Shown: piece by piece, positions 1 through 9,183 of the stretch | How positions within the stretch are numbered: position 1 is the first letter of the stretch | Layout of the letters: each line of letters starts with the position of its first letter | UHGV virus genome: UHGV-0016039 | Length of the DNA stretch: 44,102 nt | Origin: a virus | Strand: one strand, 5' to 3' | The notes under the pieces: generated by a model | Told to the model about the DNA's origin: nothing | Seen by the model: the letters and a program-made list of their open reading frames with translations, nothing else | Databases searched by the model: none | Made by a program: the position numbers and the translations under genes

Positions 1-20
1 TTTTTTTTTGAAATTAGTTG

Positions 21-50
21 TTGACACCCATCCTGCAACCAATCTATCAT
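21..50 (+). promoter_or_regulatory. sigma70-like promoter (TTGACA-18bp-TATCAT); spacer contains TGCAACCAAT motif
   Basis: TTGACA at 21-26, TATCAT at 45-50, 18 bp spacer; upstream T9 run at 1-9. Confidence 0.5.
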
Positions 51-246
51 TCACTCCGTCGACAGGATGCAGGACGCAAACTGGAGAGGGGCAACGCAGG
101 GGCCGGATCGAAGTGTAAGGATTCCCAACCGTGATTATATAACCAGGTCCACTACCCGAACGGGGGAACGCGTAACCTGGCAATATGTTAAGGCCACCGA
201 CGAAGTTAACTGCCGACACCTAAACTTAACCAATCGGAGATATACC

Positions 247-765
247 ATGTTTGAGCAAATCGTAAACCTGATCACTCGCGGCGTAGTAGCACTGGAAACC
301 ATCGCTAAACATTATGAAACCGTCGGCGCTGCCGTTGGTAAGCAGGAAGACAAGAAGCCGTCTAAGTCCAAAAAAGAAGTTGTCGAAGATGACGACGATG
401 ACGCCGAAGACGAAAAACCGGCTAAATCTAAAAAAGCGCCTGCGAAGGGCAAGGCTAAGAAGGAAGTCGTAGAAGATGACGACGATGAAGAAGCCGAAGA
501 CGAAAAACCGGCTAAGTCTAAAAAAGCCCCGGCTAAAGGCAAAGGCAAGAAAGATGCCGATCCGCTGGCGGAGATGCGCGACGAGATCAAACAGTATGCC
601 GCGATTATTGCCGGTGGTGACGACGACGATGCGAACGACGAATTCGACGACCTGCTGGAATCGTTCGAGATCAAATCAATCGCCAAGCTGGAAGATGACG
701 ACGTCGAAGACTTCCACAAAGAGCTAAAAGAAATCGTCGAAACCTATTTCGAACTGGAAGATTAA
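247..765 (+). CDS. acidic, lysine-rich repeat protein (D/E tracts alternating with PAKSKKAPAKGK repeats); candidate early protein
   Basis: ORF track 67..765; ATG at 247 preceded by GGAGA at 236-240 (6 nt spacing); ATG at 67 has no SD; terminator immediately downstream. Confidence 0.55.
   Translation: MFEQIVNLITRGVVALETIAKHYETVGAAVGKQEDKKPSKSKKEVVEDDDDDAEDEKPAKSKKAPAKGKAKKEVVEDDDDEEAEDEKPAKSKKAPAKGKGKKDADPLAEMRDEIKQYAAIIAGGDDDDANDEFDDLLESFEIKSIAKLEDDDVEDFHKELKEIVETYFELED
343..556 (+). repeat. in-frame tandem repeat (~87-90 bp unit, 2 full copies plus a partial) encoding EDDDD-AEDEKPAKSKKAPAKGK
   Basis: near-identical DNA units starting at ~386 and ~473. Confidence 0.7.
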
Positions 766-771
766 TATTAT

Positions 772-800
772 CCGGCCCGCTAATCTGCGGGCCTATTTTT
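772..800 (+). terminator. rho-independent terminator
   Basis: GC stem ccggcccgc/gcgggcc followed by tattttt. Confidence 0.65.
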
Positions 801-813
801 AGAGGACGAGACA

Positions 814-1065
814 ATGGCACGCTTCACGCTAATCGAGGCGGTGGACTCCCGCGACCAGCGCCCATATTATTGGCTATTCGAACGCATCGGCAACTTTCAG
901 TCGCGAGTTGCCGTAATAGATAAACGCCGCAACACACCCGCGCAAATCAAGCGCACCACCTTTACTAATCCCGACTTTTATCTTTGGGCTGATTCCAATC
1001 TGGAATATGTTCGCTTTGCAGTTGCATCCGAAGCAAGAACAATCGACCGCTGGGAGACGAAATAA
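814..1065 (+). CDS. hypothetical protein (83 aa)
   Basis: ORF track; ATG 814 preceded by AGAGGA; TAATG overlap with next gene. Confidence 0.55.
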   Translation: MARFTLIEAVDSRDQRPYYWLFERIGNFQSRVAVIDKRRNTPAQIKRTTFTNPDFYLWADSNLEYVRFAVASEARTIDRWETK

Positions 1066-1247
1066 TGAAATTCTTCGTGCTGGCAACATGCCATAAGACA
1101 AACGACCATTTCTCTTTTCTTGTTATTAACAAGGACGCCTCTATGTGCTGGGTCGATGCGCAGCATGAAGTGCACCGCCGCGTCGAACAGGCGGGAATGG
1201 CTAATATCTGTAAATATGTAATTGTCCAGTTTACAAGGGTGGAATAA
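1065..1247 (+). CDS. hypothetical protein (60 aa)
   Basis: ORF track; TAATG overlaps at both ends (1063-1067, 1245-1249) suggest translational coupling. Confidence 0.45.
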   Translation: MKFFVLATCHKTNDHFSFLVINKDASMCWVDAQHEVHRRVEQAGMANICKYVIVQFTRVE

Positions 1248-2677
1248 TGGCTATTAAACCAAAGCGCAAAACACAATCAGGAAGCAATACAGAACACTCA
1301 TTACTCGGGCCATCGGGATCTAAAAAATGGATGGGGTGTCCCGCCGCCCTGGTGGTCGAAAAAGATATCCCGAACGAATCCGGGCAAGCTGCGATTAACG
1401 GTACGTGTATGCACACTGTATCGGAGGTCGTGCTAAACCGTATTATTGCCGGTGAGAAGCTGATAACCGCGAAGACGTACAAAGGGTGCTACGTCGAGAA
1501 CGAGGGTAAGGGACCAGTAAAGGCCCACCCGAAAGCACCAAAAGGCGGCGTACTGGTCAACGACGATATGGTGAAACAGTGCGATGCGTACATCGACCAC
1601 TGGCGACCACTCCTCGAGGTGGCGGAGTTTGTTCAGCTTGAGATGCGCGCCGATCTGACCCGCGTCCTTCACTCAGGCTACGAGATCGACGGCAACAGGA
1701 TTAAAACGTTCGGTACTGCCGATATGGTCATGGTCATGAAAAAGACCGATGGGACGTACATGCTGATTGTTGGCGACCTGAAGACCGGGCGGCATAAGGT
1801 CGAGGCGAAAGAGAACAAACAGCTTATGTTGTACGCGATCGGACTGCTGCGCAAGCTGCAAACTATGTACGACATTACGACCGTTCGCCTGGTTATCTTC
1901 CAGCCGTATTGCGGCGGGGCGTCGGAGTGGGATATTTCGGTAGAAGCGCTGGAGATATTCGCGAAGTTTGCATCCAAGCGCGCTATTGCCGCACTGGAGG
2001 CGTATTCCCGAGGCAAGAAGGGACTTACCCGTGCCGACTTCCGTCCCAGCGTTGATGCGTGCCAGTGGTGCCGATTTGCGGATCAGTGTAGTGCCCGCGC
2101 TAAGGCCGCAATCGACACGATGACACCTCCAACGGCAACCGACGAAGACCTGGGCGACGACGTGAGCGTGGCGACCGAGGAAGAATGCGCCAATCACGAC
2201 CGCAATATGGTCCGCGAAGCCCGAAAGGCGGCCCGACGTGCGAAGCGTGGCAAGAAAGAAGCTGCCCCCGGCGCTATGAGCGCTGCGGAACTGCGCAAGG
2301 CTTATGAAGGCCTGGACGCAATGCGCCAGCACATCAAAGCTATCGAGTCCGCGGTATTCAAAGCGGTAATGGCGGGCGATGGCGAATCGCTGGGCCTTAA
2401 GATGGTTGCCGGTAAGGAAGGGATCCGTAAGTGGGCGGACGAGAGCGAAGTTATTGAAATCTTCACGAAGGCCCGGATCAAGCGCGATGTGATGTACAAA
2501 GAAACATTGCTCAGCCCTACGGATGCCGAGAAGGTATTGAAGGACGAGAAGCCGAAAGTGTGGGCGAAGCTGTGTGATAAAATCACGCGCGCACCGGCTA
2601 AACCTGTATTAGCACCCATTGACGACCCGCGTCCTGCGTGGTCCGAAGCTACCGACGAGGACTTAAGTAATGAATAA
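1247..2677 (+). CDS. PD-(D/E)XK nuclease, DUF2800/Cas4-like, with C-terminal Cys cluster
   Basis: N-terminal LLGPSGSKKWMGCPAAL, D..K core (IVGDLKTG), CQWCRF..C cluster; position upstream of SSB-like and PolA genes. Confidence 0.75.
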   Translation: MAIKPKRKTQSGSNTEHSLLGPSGSKKWMGCPAALVVEKDIPNESGQAAINGTCMHTVSEVVLNRIIAGEKLITAKTYKGCYVENEGKGPVKAHPKAPKGGVLVNDDMVKQCDAYIDHWRPLLEVAEFVQLEMRADLTRVLHSGYEIDGNRIKTFGTADMVMVMKKTDGTYMLIVGDLKTGRHKVEAKENKQLMLYAIGLLRKLQTMYDITTVRLVIFQPYCGGASEWDISVEALEIFAKFASKRAIAALEAYSRGKKGLTRADFRPSVDACQWCRFADQCSARAKAAIDTMTPPTATDEDLGDDVSVATEEECANHDRNMVREARKAARRAKRGKKEAAPGAMSAAELRKAYEGLDAMRQHIKAIESAVFKAVMAGDGESLGLKMVAGKEGIRKWADESEVIEIFTKARIKRDVMYKETLLSPTDAEKVLKDEKPKVWAKLCDKITRAPAKPVLAPIDDPRPAWSEATDEDLSNE

Positions 2678-2912
2678 AGTATTCGCAATCTTATTGATGT
2701 TTTTGCTCGGCGCGCTGGGCTTTATCCTGCAGTGCGTGCAAGGCGTGTTAATGGTGGCATGGATGATTCGTCATCCAACCAAATGGCTGGATGACGGTTA
2801 TAGCGAAGTTGCCGTCGATTGGGTGGGGAAGAACATCAACCGCCCGCCGTTAAGCTGGATCGAGAACGCTACCAACTACGTGACCAGAAATCTTTTTAAT
2901 GAAAATGCTTGA
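2670..2912 (+). CDS. small membrane protein (80 aa)
   Basis: ORF track; hydrophobic N-terminus AILLMFLLGALGFIL; overlaps stop of upstream gene. Confidence 0.45.
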   Translation: MNKVFAILLMFLLGALGFILQCVQGVLMVAWMIRHPTKWLDDGYSEVAVDWVGKNINRPPLSWIENATNYVTRNLFNENA

Positions 2913-3002
2913 CCGCTTAGGCGCAACCAAGTAGATTAGCAACCAAGCCGAACGGGGTGGCTTCCAATAACCCCGATACATGTGAAAATGAGGAATTGGA
3001 AA

Positions 3003-3791
3003 ATGGCTAAAGTCAACCTGAAAAATGTGCGCGTATGTTTCCTGAAAATTTGGGAACGTGATACCCCTAAACAGGATGGACAAAAACCGGCATACCGCGC
3101 CGTGATTCTTCTTGATAAAGAAGACCCGCAGGTGGACAAAGTGGAGGCGGCAGCGCGCGCAGTGCTCACCGACAAGCTGAAATCCGAGAAGAATGCCGAT
3201 AAGTGGATGGACCGCCACTACGCCCAGGATTCTAAGGAATGTGCAGTTCGCGACGGCGACGAGCGCGATGAAGTAACCGAAGAGTTCGAAGGCATGTTGT
3301 ACATCAACGCCAAATCGTTCAAACAGCCTAACATCCAAACGTCACTGGGCGAGAAGCAGACCGAGCAAGGTCTGACCGTAGACGGCGACGAGATCGAAGG
3401 CCAGGAGATCTACTCCGGTTGTTATTGCAATGTGTCCCTGGATATTTGGGCGTGGAACAATACCAACGGCAAGGGGCTCGGGGCCGGCTTGCTGGGTCTG
3501 CGATTCCGTGAAGACGGCGAAGCCTTCGGGGGTGGCGGGTCTTCATGTTCTGACGAAGACCTGGACAACGATGACGAAGACGAAAGCCCGCGTAAGTCCA
3601 AAAAGTCAAAACGTCGTGATGACGATGACGAAGACGACAAGCCGCGTAAGTCCAAAAAATCCAAGCGCAGCGATGACGATGACGACGACGACGAAGACGA
3701 AAAGCCTCGCAAACGTCGTAAACCACGCGATGACGAAGATGAGGACGACGAAGACGAAGACGAAGCACCACGCAAACGTCGCCGCCGTTAA
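3003..3791 (+). CDS. DUF2815-type phage ssDNA-binding-like protein with C-terminal D/E-rich and PRKSKK repeat tail
   Basis: ATG 3003 preceded by GAGGAA; N-terminal MAKVNLKNVRV..F motif; gene order DUF2800-DUF2815-PolA. Confidence 0.7.
   Translation: MAKVNLKNVRVCFLKIWERDTPKQDGQKPAYRAVILLDKEDPQVDKVEAAARAVLTDKLKSEKNADKWMDRHYAQDSKECAVRDGDERDEVTEEFEGMLYINAKSFKQPNIQTSLGEKQTEQGLTVDGDEIEGQEIYSGCYCNVSLDIWAWNNTNGKGLGAGLLGLRFREDGEAFGGGGSSCSDEDLDNDDEDESPRKSKKSKRRDDDDEDDKPRKSKKSKRSDDDDDDDEDEKPRKRRKPRDDEDEDDEDEDEAPRKRRRR
3556..3788 (+). repeat. in-frame charged tandem repeats (DDDDEDD-KPRKSKKSKR units) at C-terminus of SSB-like protein
   Basis: repeated gacga(t/c)ga.. and ccgcgtaagtccaaaaa units visible in DNA. 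Confidence 0.65.
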
Positions 3792-3809
3792 GGGCAAAGC
3801 CCACTATTC

Positions 3810-3834
3810 AAGCCCGCTTAATGCGGGCTTTTTA
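3810..3834 (+). terminator. rho-independent terminator
   Basis: stem aagcccgc/gcgggctt followed by ttt. Confidence 0.65.
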
Positions 3835-3849
3835 ATAGGACAATGAAAA

Positions 3850-4020
3850 ATGCGTATTAAAGCCAGCGAAGTAAAAGTCGGAATGCAAGTATGGTCCAAA
3901 TTGCTGGGCGAGTATTTCACCGTTGCCGAGATTCGCAACAACGGCGAGGAGATCACCCTTTCCGACGGTATCTCCTCCATGATCGGCAGCGCTGACGCCG
4001 TAGTGAGGATAAAGCAATGA
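3850..4020 (+). CDS. small hypothetical protein (56 aa), stop overlaps PolA start (ATGA)
   Basis: ATG 3850 to TGA 4018-4020 read by hand; below the ORF-track length cutoff. Confidence 0.35.
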   Translation: MRIKASEVKVGMQVWSKLLGEYFTVAEIRNNGEEITLSDGISSMIGSADAVVRIKQ

Positions 4021-6308
4021 AAGACTTCGAACGCCTATTTCTCGACACAGAGACATTCAGCGATGTGGACCTGAAGAAAGTCGGCGCTTACGCCTACGCA
4101 GAACACCCGTCAACCGAGATTATGATTTGCACCTACGCCATCGACGAGGGCCGCGTGCAGACATGGGACGCCACTGAATCCCCCACGATGCCGCGTGAAC
4201 TACGCAAGGCGCTCCGCCATGTAACCCGCAAAAAAGCAAAAATAGTGATGGCGAACGGCCTCCTGTTTGACCGCCTGGTTATCCGTGAAAAGTGGGGCAT
4301 TGACCTGCCGGTAAGCCAGATCGAAGATACCATGATTATGGCCTTCCGACATGCGCTGCCGGGTGGCCTTGATATGCAATGCCAGGTGCTGGGCGTGGAC
4401 GCAGAGCACGCGAAGGATAAGGCGGGCAAGGCGCTGATTAAACGATTCTGTAAGCCTACCCCTAAGACCTACAAAATCCGCCGCTACACGCGCGAGACTC
4501 ACCCGGAAGAATGGGCTAAATTCCTGCGCTATGCCGCGCTGGATACTATCGCAATGCGTGAAGTCTACTGGCGCATACCGGACTGGGGCAACTCCCCGAA
4601 GGAAGACGAAATCCTGCTTATCGACCAGTTGATTAACGACCGCGGTTTCTATGTGGACGTTGACCTAGCTAACGCCGCGATCAAGGCGGTGCAGGTGCAT
4701 AAAGAAGAATTGAAGGAAGAAGCCTGGGAGCGTTTTGGCGGTAAGCTAACCGGCAACGACTTCCTGCCAATCCTGCGTGATATCGCCCCTGCGTTCACTA
4801 TTCACAACGCGCAGAAATCAACGCTGAATGACTTGCTGGAAGACCCAGACTTCCCCGACGAGGGCAAGGTGCTCATTGAGATGCGCCTCGGTGCGTCATC
4901 AACGGCATCGACTAAGTACAATCCGCTCGTCAATGGCCTGTCCGCCGATGGTCGCCGCCGTGGTTGTCTTCAGTATGGTGGGGCAAAGCGCACGCTACGC
5001 TGGGCCGGTAAAGGCTTTCAACCTCAAAACCTGGCGCGTGGCGAGTACAGCGACGACCACGAAGGGAAGATTAAACGCCGCGAGGGTGAAAGCGACGTCT
5101 CGTTTTGGGTCCGGTCGCACATGCTCACCAACGGCATCAACTCCCTGTTACGCGGGACCGCACACTGGGCGTATGACATATCGAAGCTAACGGCATCGAC
5201 CGTTCGCGGGTGCATTATTCCTGCGAAGGGTAAGAAGTTTGTCGTAGCGGACTACTCCAACGTGGAAGGGCGTGGCCTTGCCTGGATCGCTGGCGAGAAA
5301 ACAGCGCTCATGGTGTTTAAGGCCGGTCGCGATATCTATTGTGAGACTGCCGGTAAGATGTTCGGCCTGGACCCGGACTACATTAAAGCCAACCGCAAGG
5401 ACTTACGCCAGATCGGTAAGGCGTGCGAATTGGGACTGGGCTATGGTGGCGGCGTCGCGGCGTTCTTGCAGTTCGCTAAAAACCTGGGCCTCGACCTTTA
5501 CACTATGGCGGACGTGATGAAAGGCACGTTCCCGGATCACATTTGGGCGGCGGCGAAACGTGGTTATGAGTACGCTCGCATTAACGAAGCGAAGCGCCCG
5601 CCGAAGCCGGGCAAGAAGGACGAGCGCCCAACATACATACTGCCGAAAAACGTATGGCTTACTTGTGACGCAATCAAACGTATGTGGCGTGAGGCTCACC
5701 CGAAGACGGTAGCCTTTTGGGCCGAGCTTGAGGACGCTGTGTTGTGTGCAATCCGCAATCCGGGCAAAGCATACTGGGCTGGCGCGAACGTTCGCCCGGA
5801 CGGTAGAAAAGCGCTCAAGATTGTCCGTACGAAGGCGAAGCACGACCCAACCTTTGACGAGGAGCGCGACGACCCGAACGCCGCGGGGTGGTGGTTGAAA
5901 ATTGAGTTGCCGTCGGGGCGCATCATGAGCTACCCCGGCATCGCGCTGTCTGTCACGACCGAGATTGACGAAGACACCGGCAAGAAGCGCACCAGCACAC
6001 GCATTAAATATCAGGGCGAGAATCAGACGACGCGCCAGTGGGGATTCCAGTATACCTACGGCGGCAAACTGACGGAGAACATCGTACAGGCGTTGTGCCG
6101 CGATATTCTCGCATGGTCCATGCCTGGCGTTGAAGCTGCGGGGTATAAAATCGTCCTGTCGGTGCATGATGAATTGATCACAGAAGTGCCGGACACCGAC
6201 GACTACACTACCGAGGAACTTTGCGCGCTGATGTGCGACCTGCCTATTTGGGCGAAGGGCTTCCCACTTGCCGCCGAAGGCGACATCATGTACAGGTACA
6301 GGAAGTAA
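4017..6308 (+). CDS. DNA polymerase, family A, with 3'-5' exonuclease domain
   Basis: N-terminal LFLDTETFS exo motif; RQIGKACELGLGYGGG (motif B K...YG); VHDELITEV (motif C). Confidence 0.92.
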   Translation: MKDFERLFLDTETFSDVDLKKVGAYAYAEHPSTEIMICTYAIDEGRVQTWDATESPTMPRELRKALRHVTRKKAKIVMANGLLFDRLVIREKWGIDLPVSQIEDTMIMAFRHALPGGLDMQCQVLGVDAEHAKDKAGKALIKRFCKPTPKTYKIRRYTRETHPEEWAKFLRYAALDTIAMREVYWRIPDWGNSPKEDEILLIDQLINDRGFYVDVDLANAAIKAVQVHKEELKEEAWERFGGKLTGNDFLPILRDIAPAFTIHNAQKSTLNDLLEDPDFPDEGKVLIEMRLGASSTASTKYNPLVNGLSADGRRRGCLQYGGAKRTLRWAGKGFQPQNLARGEYSDDHEGKIKRREGESDVSFWVRSHMLTNGINSLLRGTAHWAYDISKLTASTVRGCIIPAKGKKFVVADYSNVEGRGLAWIAGEKTALMVFKAGRDIYCETAGKMFGLDPDYIKANRKDLRQIGKACELGLGYGGGVAAFLQFAKNLGLDLYTMADVMKGTFPDHIWAAAKRGYEYARINEAKRPPKPGKKDERPTYILPKNVWLTCDAIKRMWREAHPKTVAFWAELEDAVLCAIRNPGKAYWAGANVRPDGRKALKIVRTKAKHDPTFDEERDDPNAAGWWLKIELPSGRIMSYPGIALSVTTEIDEDTGKKRTSTRIKYQGENQTTRQWGFQYTYGGKLTENIVQALCRDILAWSMPGVEAAGYKIVLSVHDELITEVPDTDDYTTEELCALMCDLPIWAKGFPLAAEGDIMYRYRK

Positions 6309-6586
6309 TGACACCAGAAGGCAAGATTCAAAGTCACCTGATGAAACGGGTGAAAGAGGTCGGCGGATTCTGCCGCAAACTGGCATGGGAGGGACGCGCA
6401 GGTGCGCCCGACCTGATTATCATAATCAACGGCATCATAGTATTCGTCGAAGTGAAGCGCCCCGGAGGAAAACCGAAGCCACACCAGGTACGTGAGCATG
6501 AGCGAATGGTCCGCCGCGGTGCTGACGTTCGCGTCATCGACAACATATCCGACTGCGATTTATTGGTTGCTGAATTGGTCGCATAG
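6308..6586 (+). CDS. VRR-NUC domain nuclease
   Basis: ATG 6308 overlaps PolA stop (TAATG); GAPDLIII..VFVEVKRPGGKPKPHQ motif. Confidence 0.7.
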   Translation: MTPEGKIQSHLMKRVKEVGGFCRKLAWEGRAGAPDLIIIINGIIVFVEVKRPGGKPKPHQVREHERMVRRGADVRVIDNISDCDLLVAELVA

Positions 6587-6626
6587 CGGTATAGTGTGCC
6601 GGTTAGCCATATCGAGGATTTTAGAG

Positions 6627-6800
6627 ATGATTGAAGAAAAACGTTGTAGTAATTGCGGCTGTGTAAAGCCGCTATCCCAGTTCCACAAATACACCGGTAA
6701 GACTGCGCGCAGTCCAGACGGGTATCGGGCAGAGTGCAAATCGTGCCGCAATAAGAAAGAGCGCGAACGGCAGCGCCGCTACCGTGCAGAACAAAAATAA
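6627..6800 (+). CDS. small zinc-ribbon protein (CxxC...CxxC), basic C-terminus
   Basis: ATG 6627 preceded by GAGG; CSNCGC ... CKSCRNKK. Confidence 0.5.
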   Translation: MIEEKRCSNCGCVKPLSQFHKYTGKTARSPDGYRAECKSCRNKKERERQRRYRAEQK

Positions 6801-6807
6801 TTAATAC

Positions 6808-6830
6808 GGCGGGCTTGTCCCGCCCTTTTT
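6808..6830 (+). terminator. rho-independent terminator
   Basis: stem ggcggg/cccgcc followed by ttttt. Confidence 0.65.
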
Positions 6831-6843
6831 GGGAGACATGACG

Positions 6844-7062
6844 ATGAAAGAACATTACCGACTCACCAAGCTGGGCGAATGTAAACCGGGCGATCGCGTA
6901 TGGTTTATCGCGGGCATGAATGATCCGCTGCCGTTGACGGTGTGCTGGCAAAAATTTAAGAGCTTCCGGGCTACCGGTGTGCACATCGGACACGCCACCA
7001 ACTACGACGCTACAAAAAGGAACTGGAACAGTGAGACTGAAGTCTGGAAAAAGGCGGAATAA
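6844..7062 (+). CDS. hypothetical protein (72 aa)
   Basis: ORF track starts at TTG 6829; ATG 6844 is 8 nt after GGGAG. Confidence 0.5.
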   Translation: MKEHYRLTKLGECKPGDRVWFIAGMNDPLPLTVCWQKFKSFRATGVHIGHATNYDATKRNWNSETEVWKKAE

Positions 7063-7066
7063 CGAC

Positions 7067-8491
7067 ATGGCAAGATTCCGACGCCGCGAATATCAGAAGT
7101 TGATAACCGCGTTCATCCTCAAGCATAAGCGATGTAATATCTGGGCGACAATGGGATCCGGTAAAACCGGCGCGACAATGTGGGCGCTGAATAAAATGTT
7201 CCAGACTGGCGTCCTGTCCCATCATGAGGACCGCGTACTGGTGCTGGCCCCGCTGCGTGTTGCGTCGGGTACATGGCCCCCGGAACAGGAGAAATGGCGG
7301 TTCTCATCCCTGCTGGTCGTAGACGGCACCGGACCGGAGAAGGACCGTATTGCCGCGCTTGAGAGCGACGCTAACGTGGTTTGTGTTAACTACGATGTGG
7401 TTGAGTGGCTGGTCGACTATTACGGCGATGCGTGGCCCTTTACGGTCGTTGTTGCCGATGAATCGACTAAGCTGAAAGGCTATCGAAGCAAGCAGGGGAG
7501 CAAGCGCGCCCGCGCACTGGCAGCGATTGCACATAAACACGTCAAGCGCTGGATTAACCTTACCGGCACACCCGCACCCAACGGGCTGAAAGACTTATGG
7601 GGTCAGACGTGGTTTGTCGACGGTGGCGAACGCCTCGGCAGTAGCTATAAGGCATTTACCGACCGCTGGTTTATTAGCAAGCCTGTTAAGCCTGGCAGCT
7701 TCACTATGCAGCACGCCCCGCTCAAGAACTCCGAGAAGGAGATCCAACAACGCCTGTCTGACGTATCCCTTACCGTTGACGCGGCTGAATACTTCGGATG
7801 TGACAAGCCAATCTATACTCCGGTTGTTGTGGACCTGCCGAAGAAAGCCCGCAAGATTTATGACCAGTTCGAAGCGGAGCTATTTGCCGAACTGGAAAGC
7901 GGAACGGTGGAGGCGGCGAACGCGGCTTCGAAGACTATTAAGTGCCTTCAGCTTGCTTCCGGGGCCGTGTATAAAGTCGACGAAGACGGCGAGCGCACCG
8001 ACGAATGGGTGAAAATCCACGACGCTAAACTGGACGCGCTGGAAAGTATCGTGGAGGAGTTGAACGGCGCACCGTTGCTCGTCGCGTACCAGTACAAGCA
8101 TGACCTGGCGCGTCTCAAGAAGAAATTCCCGCACGGCGTAGCGATGGGTAAGGGTAAGCAAGGCAATAAGGACATGGAAGCGTGGAACAGGGGCGAGATC
8201 CCCATCATGTTCGCACACCCGGCATCGGCGGGTCACGGCCTTAACTTGCAGGATGGCGGACACCACCTTGCCATCTTCTCCGACACCTGGAACTATGAGC
8301 ATTTTTCGCAGATTGTGGAGCGTATCGGGCCGGTTCGCCAGATGCAAGCCGGACACCCTCGTCCGGTATTCGTCTACATTATCCAGGCGCGCGGAACACT
8401 GGACGAACTGGTCGCCGAGCGTCGCGACAGTAAGCGAGATATACAGGACGACTTGATGGAATACATGAAAGCTAAAAAGGCGCGCAAATGA
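7067..8491 (+). CDS. SNF2-family (DEAD/DEAH-box) helicase
   Basis: ATG 7067; Walker A ATMGSGKTG, VVADESTKLKG, LTGTPAPNGLKDLW. Confidence 0.88.
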   Translation: MARFRRREYQKLITAFILKHKRCNIWATMGSGKTGATMWALNKMFQTGVLSHHEDRVLVLAPLRVASGTWPPEQEKWRFSSLLVVDGTGPEKDRIAALESDANVVCVNYDVVEWLVDYYGDAWPFTVVVADESTKLKGYRSKQGSKRARALAAIAHKHVKRWINLTGTPAPNGLKDLWGQTWFVDGGERLGSSYKAFTDRWFISKPVKPGSFTMQHAPLKNSEKEIQQRLSDVSLTVDAAEYFGCDKPIYTPVVVDLPKKARKIYDQFEAELFAELESGTVEAANAASKTIKCLQLASGAVYKVDEDGERTDEWVKIHDAKLDALESIVEELNGAPLLVAYQYKHDLARLKKKFPHGVAMGKGKQGNKDMEAWNRGEIPIMFAHPASAGHGLNLQDGGHHLAIFSDTWNYEHFSQIVERIGPVRQMQAGHPRPVFVYIIQARGTLDELVAERRDSKRDIQDDLMEYMKAKKARK

Positions 8492-9183
8492 TTATCTGGT
8501 CATTATTTGACGGCAGCGGATTGATGATCGAGCGTGCTGCCGAGATGGGGCATAAGTGTTATTGCTTCAACTACTCCGAAGCCGATCACGGGTCTTACCT
8601 GGACTACCGGATCTATGGTCGCGGTATCCGATATCGTAATGAGTTTATCGATCTGGACTTTGTAGACCGCGCGATGAATGGCGATTTCGGTACGCCAGAT
8701 ATCATCTACGCATTCCCGCCGTGTACTGATCTGGCGGTGAGCGGTGCGCCAGCTTTCCCGCGCAAACGCGCCCGCGACCCGGCCTTCCAGCTTAAGGCGG
8801 TGCGCACCGCGAAGATCGCAGCTTACCTGGGTGACTTCTTCGAAGTGCCATATATGATTGAGAATCCGCGCAGTGTGCTTTCCACCCAGTGGCGTAAGCC
8901 GGACCACTCGTTTGATCCGTGGGAGTATGGGGGATATCTGCCGGAGGATGACGTACACCCGCTCTTCCCTGAATACATCAACGCCCGCGATTCATATCCG
9001 AAGCTGACCTGCTTATGGGCCGGCAACGGCTTCCGTATGCCGGAGAAGAAACCTGTTTTCGTTGAAAAAGGGTACTCGAAACAGTATAGTCGCCTCGGTG
9101 GTAAATCCGCTCGTACAAAATTAATCCGGTCGCTCACTCCGCGCGGCTTCGCGATAGCGGTTAACGAGGAAAATTTAAAATGA
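8488..9183 (+). CDS. minimal C5-cytosine methyltransferase-like protein (motif I/IV/VI-like, no obvious target-recognition domain)
   Basis: SLFDGSG (FxGxG-like), FPPCTDLAVSG (PC motif), MIENPRS (ENV-like); ATGA overlap with helicase stop. Confidence 0.45.
   Translation: MIIWSLFDGSGLMIERAAEMGHKCYCFNYSEADHGSYLDYRIYGRGIRYRNEFIDLDFVDRAMNGDFGTPDIIYAFPPCTDLAVSGAPAFPRKRARDPAFQLKAVRTAKIAAYLGDFFEVPYMIENPRSVLSTQWRKPDHSFDPWEYGGYLPEDDVHPLFPEYINARDSYPKLTCLWAGNGFRMPEKKPVFVEKGYSKQYSRLGGKSARTKLIRSLTPRGFAIAVNEENLK

Noticed and set aside
67-246. N-terminal extension of the first ORF (start at ATG 67)
   Set aside because: No Shine-Dalgarno before ATG 67 (AGG abuts the ATG), whereas ATG 247 has GGAGA at ideal spacing; the extension is Arg-rich and unlike the rest of the protein. 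Kept only as an alternative start.
1673-2332. 219-aa ORF on - strand
   Set aside because: Antisense within the DUF2800 nuclease gene; no start signals.
5403-6386. 327-aa ORF on - strand
   Set aside because: Antisense to the DNA polymerase gene, which carries clear family A motifs; typical shadow ORF in GC-rich coding DNA.
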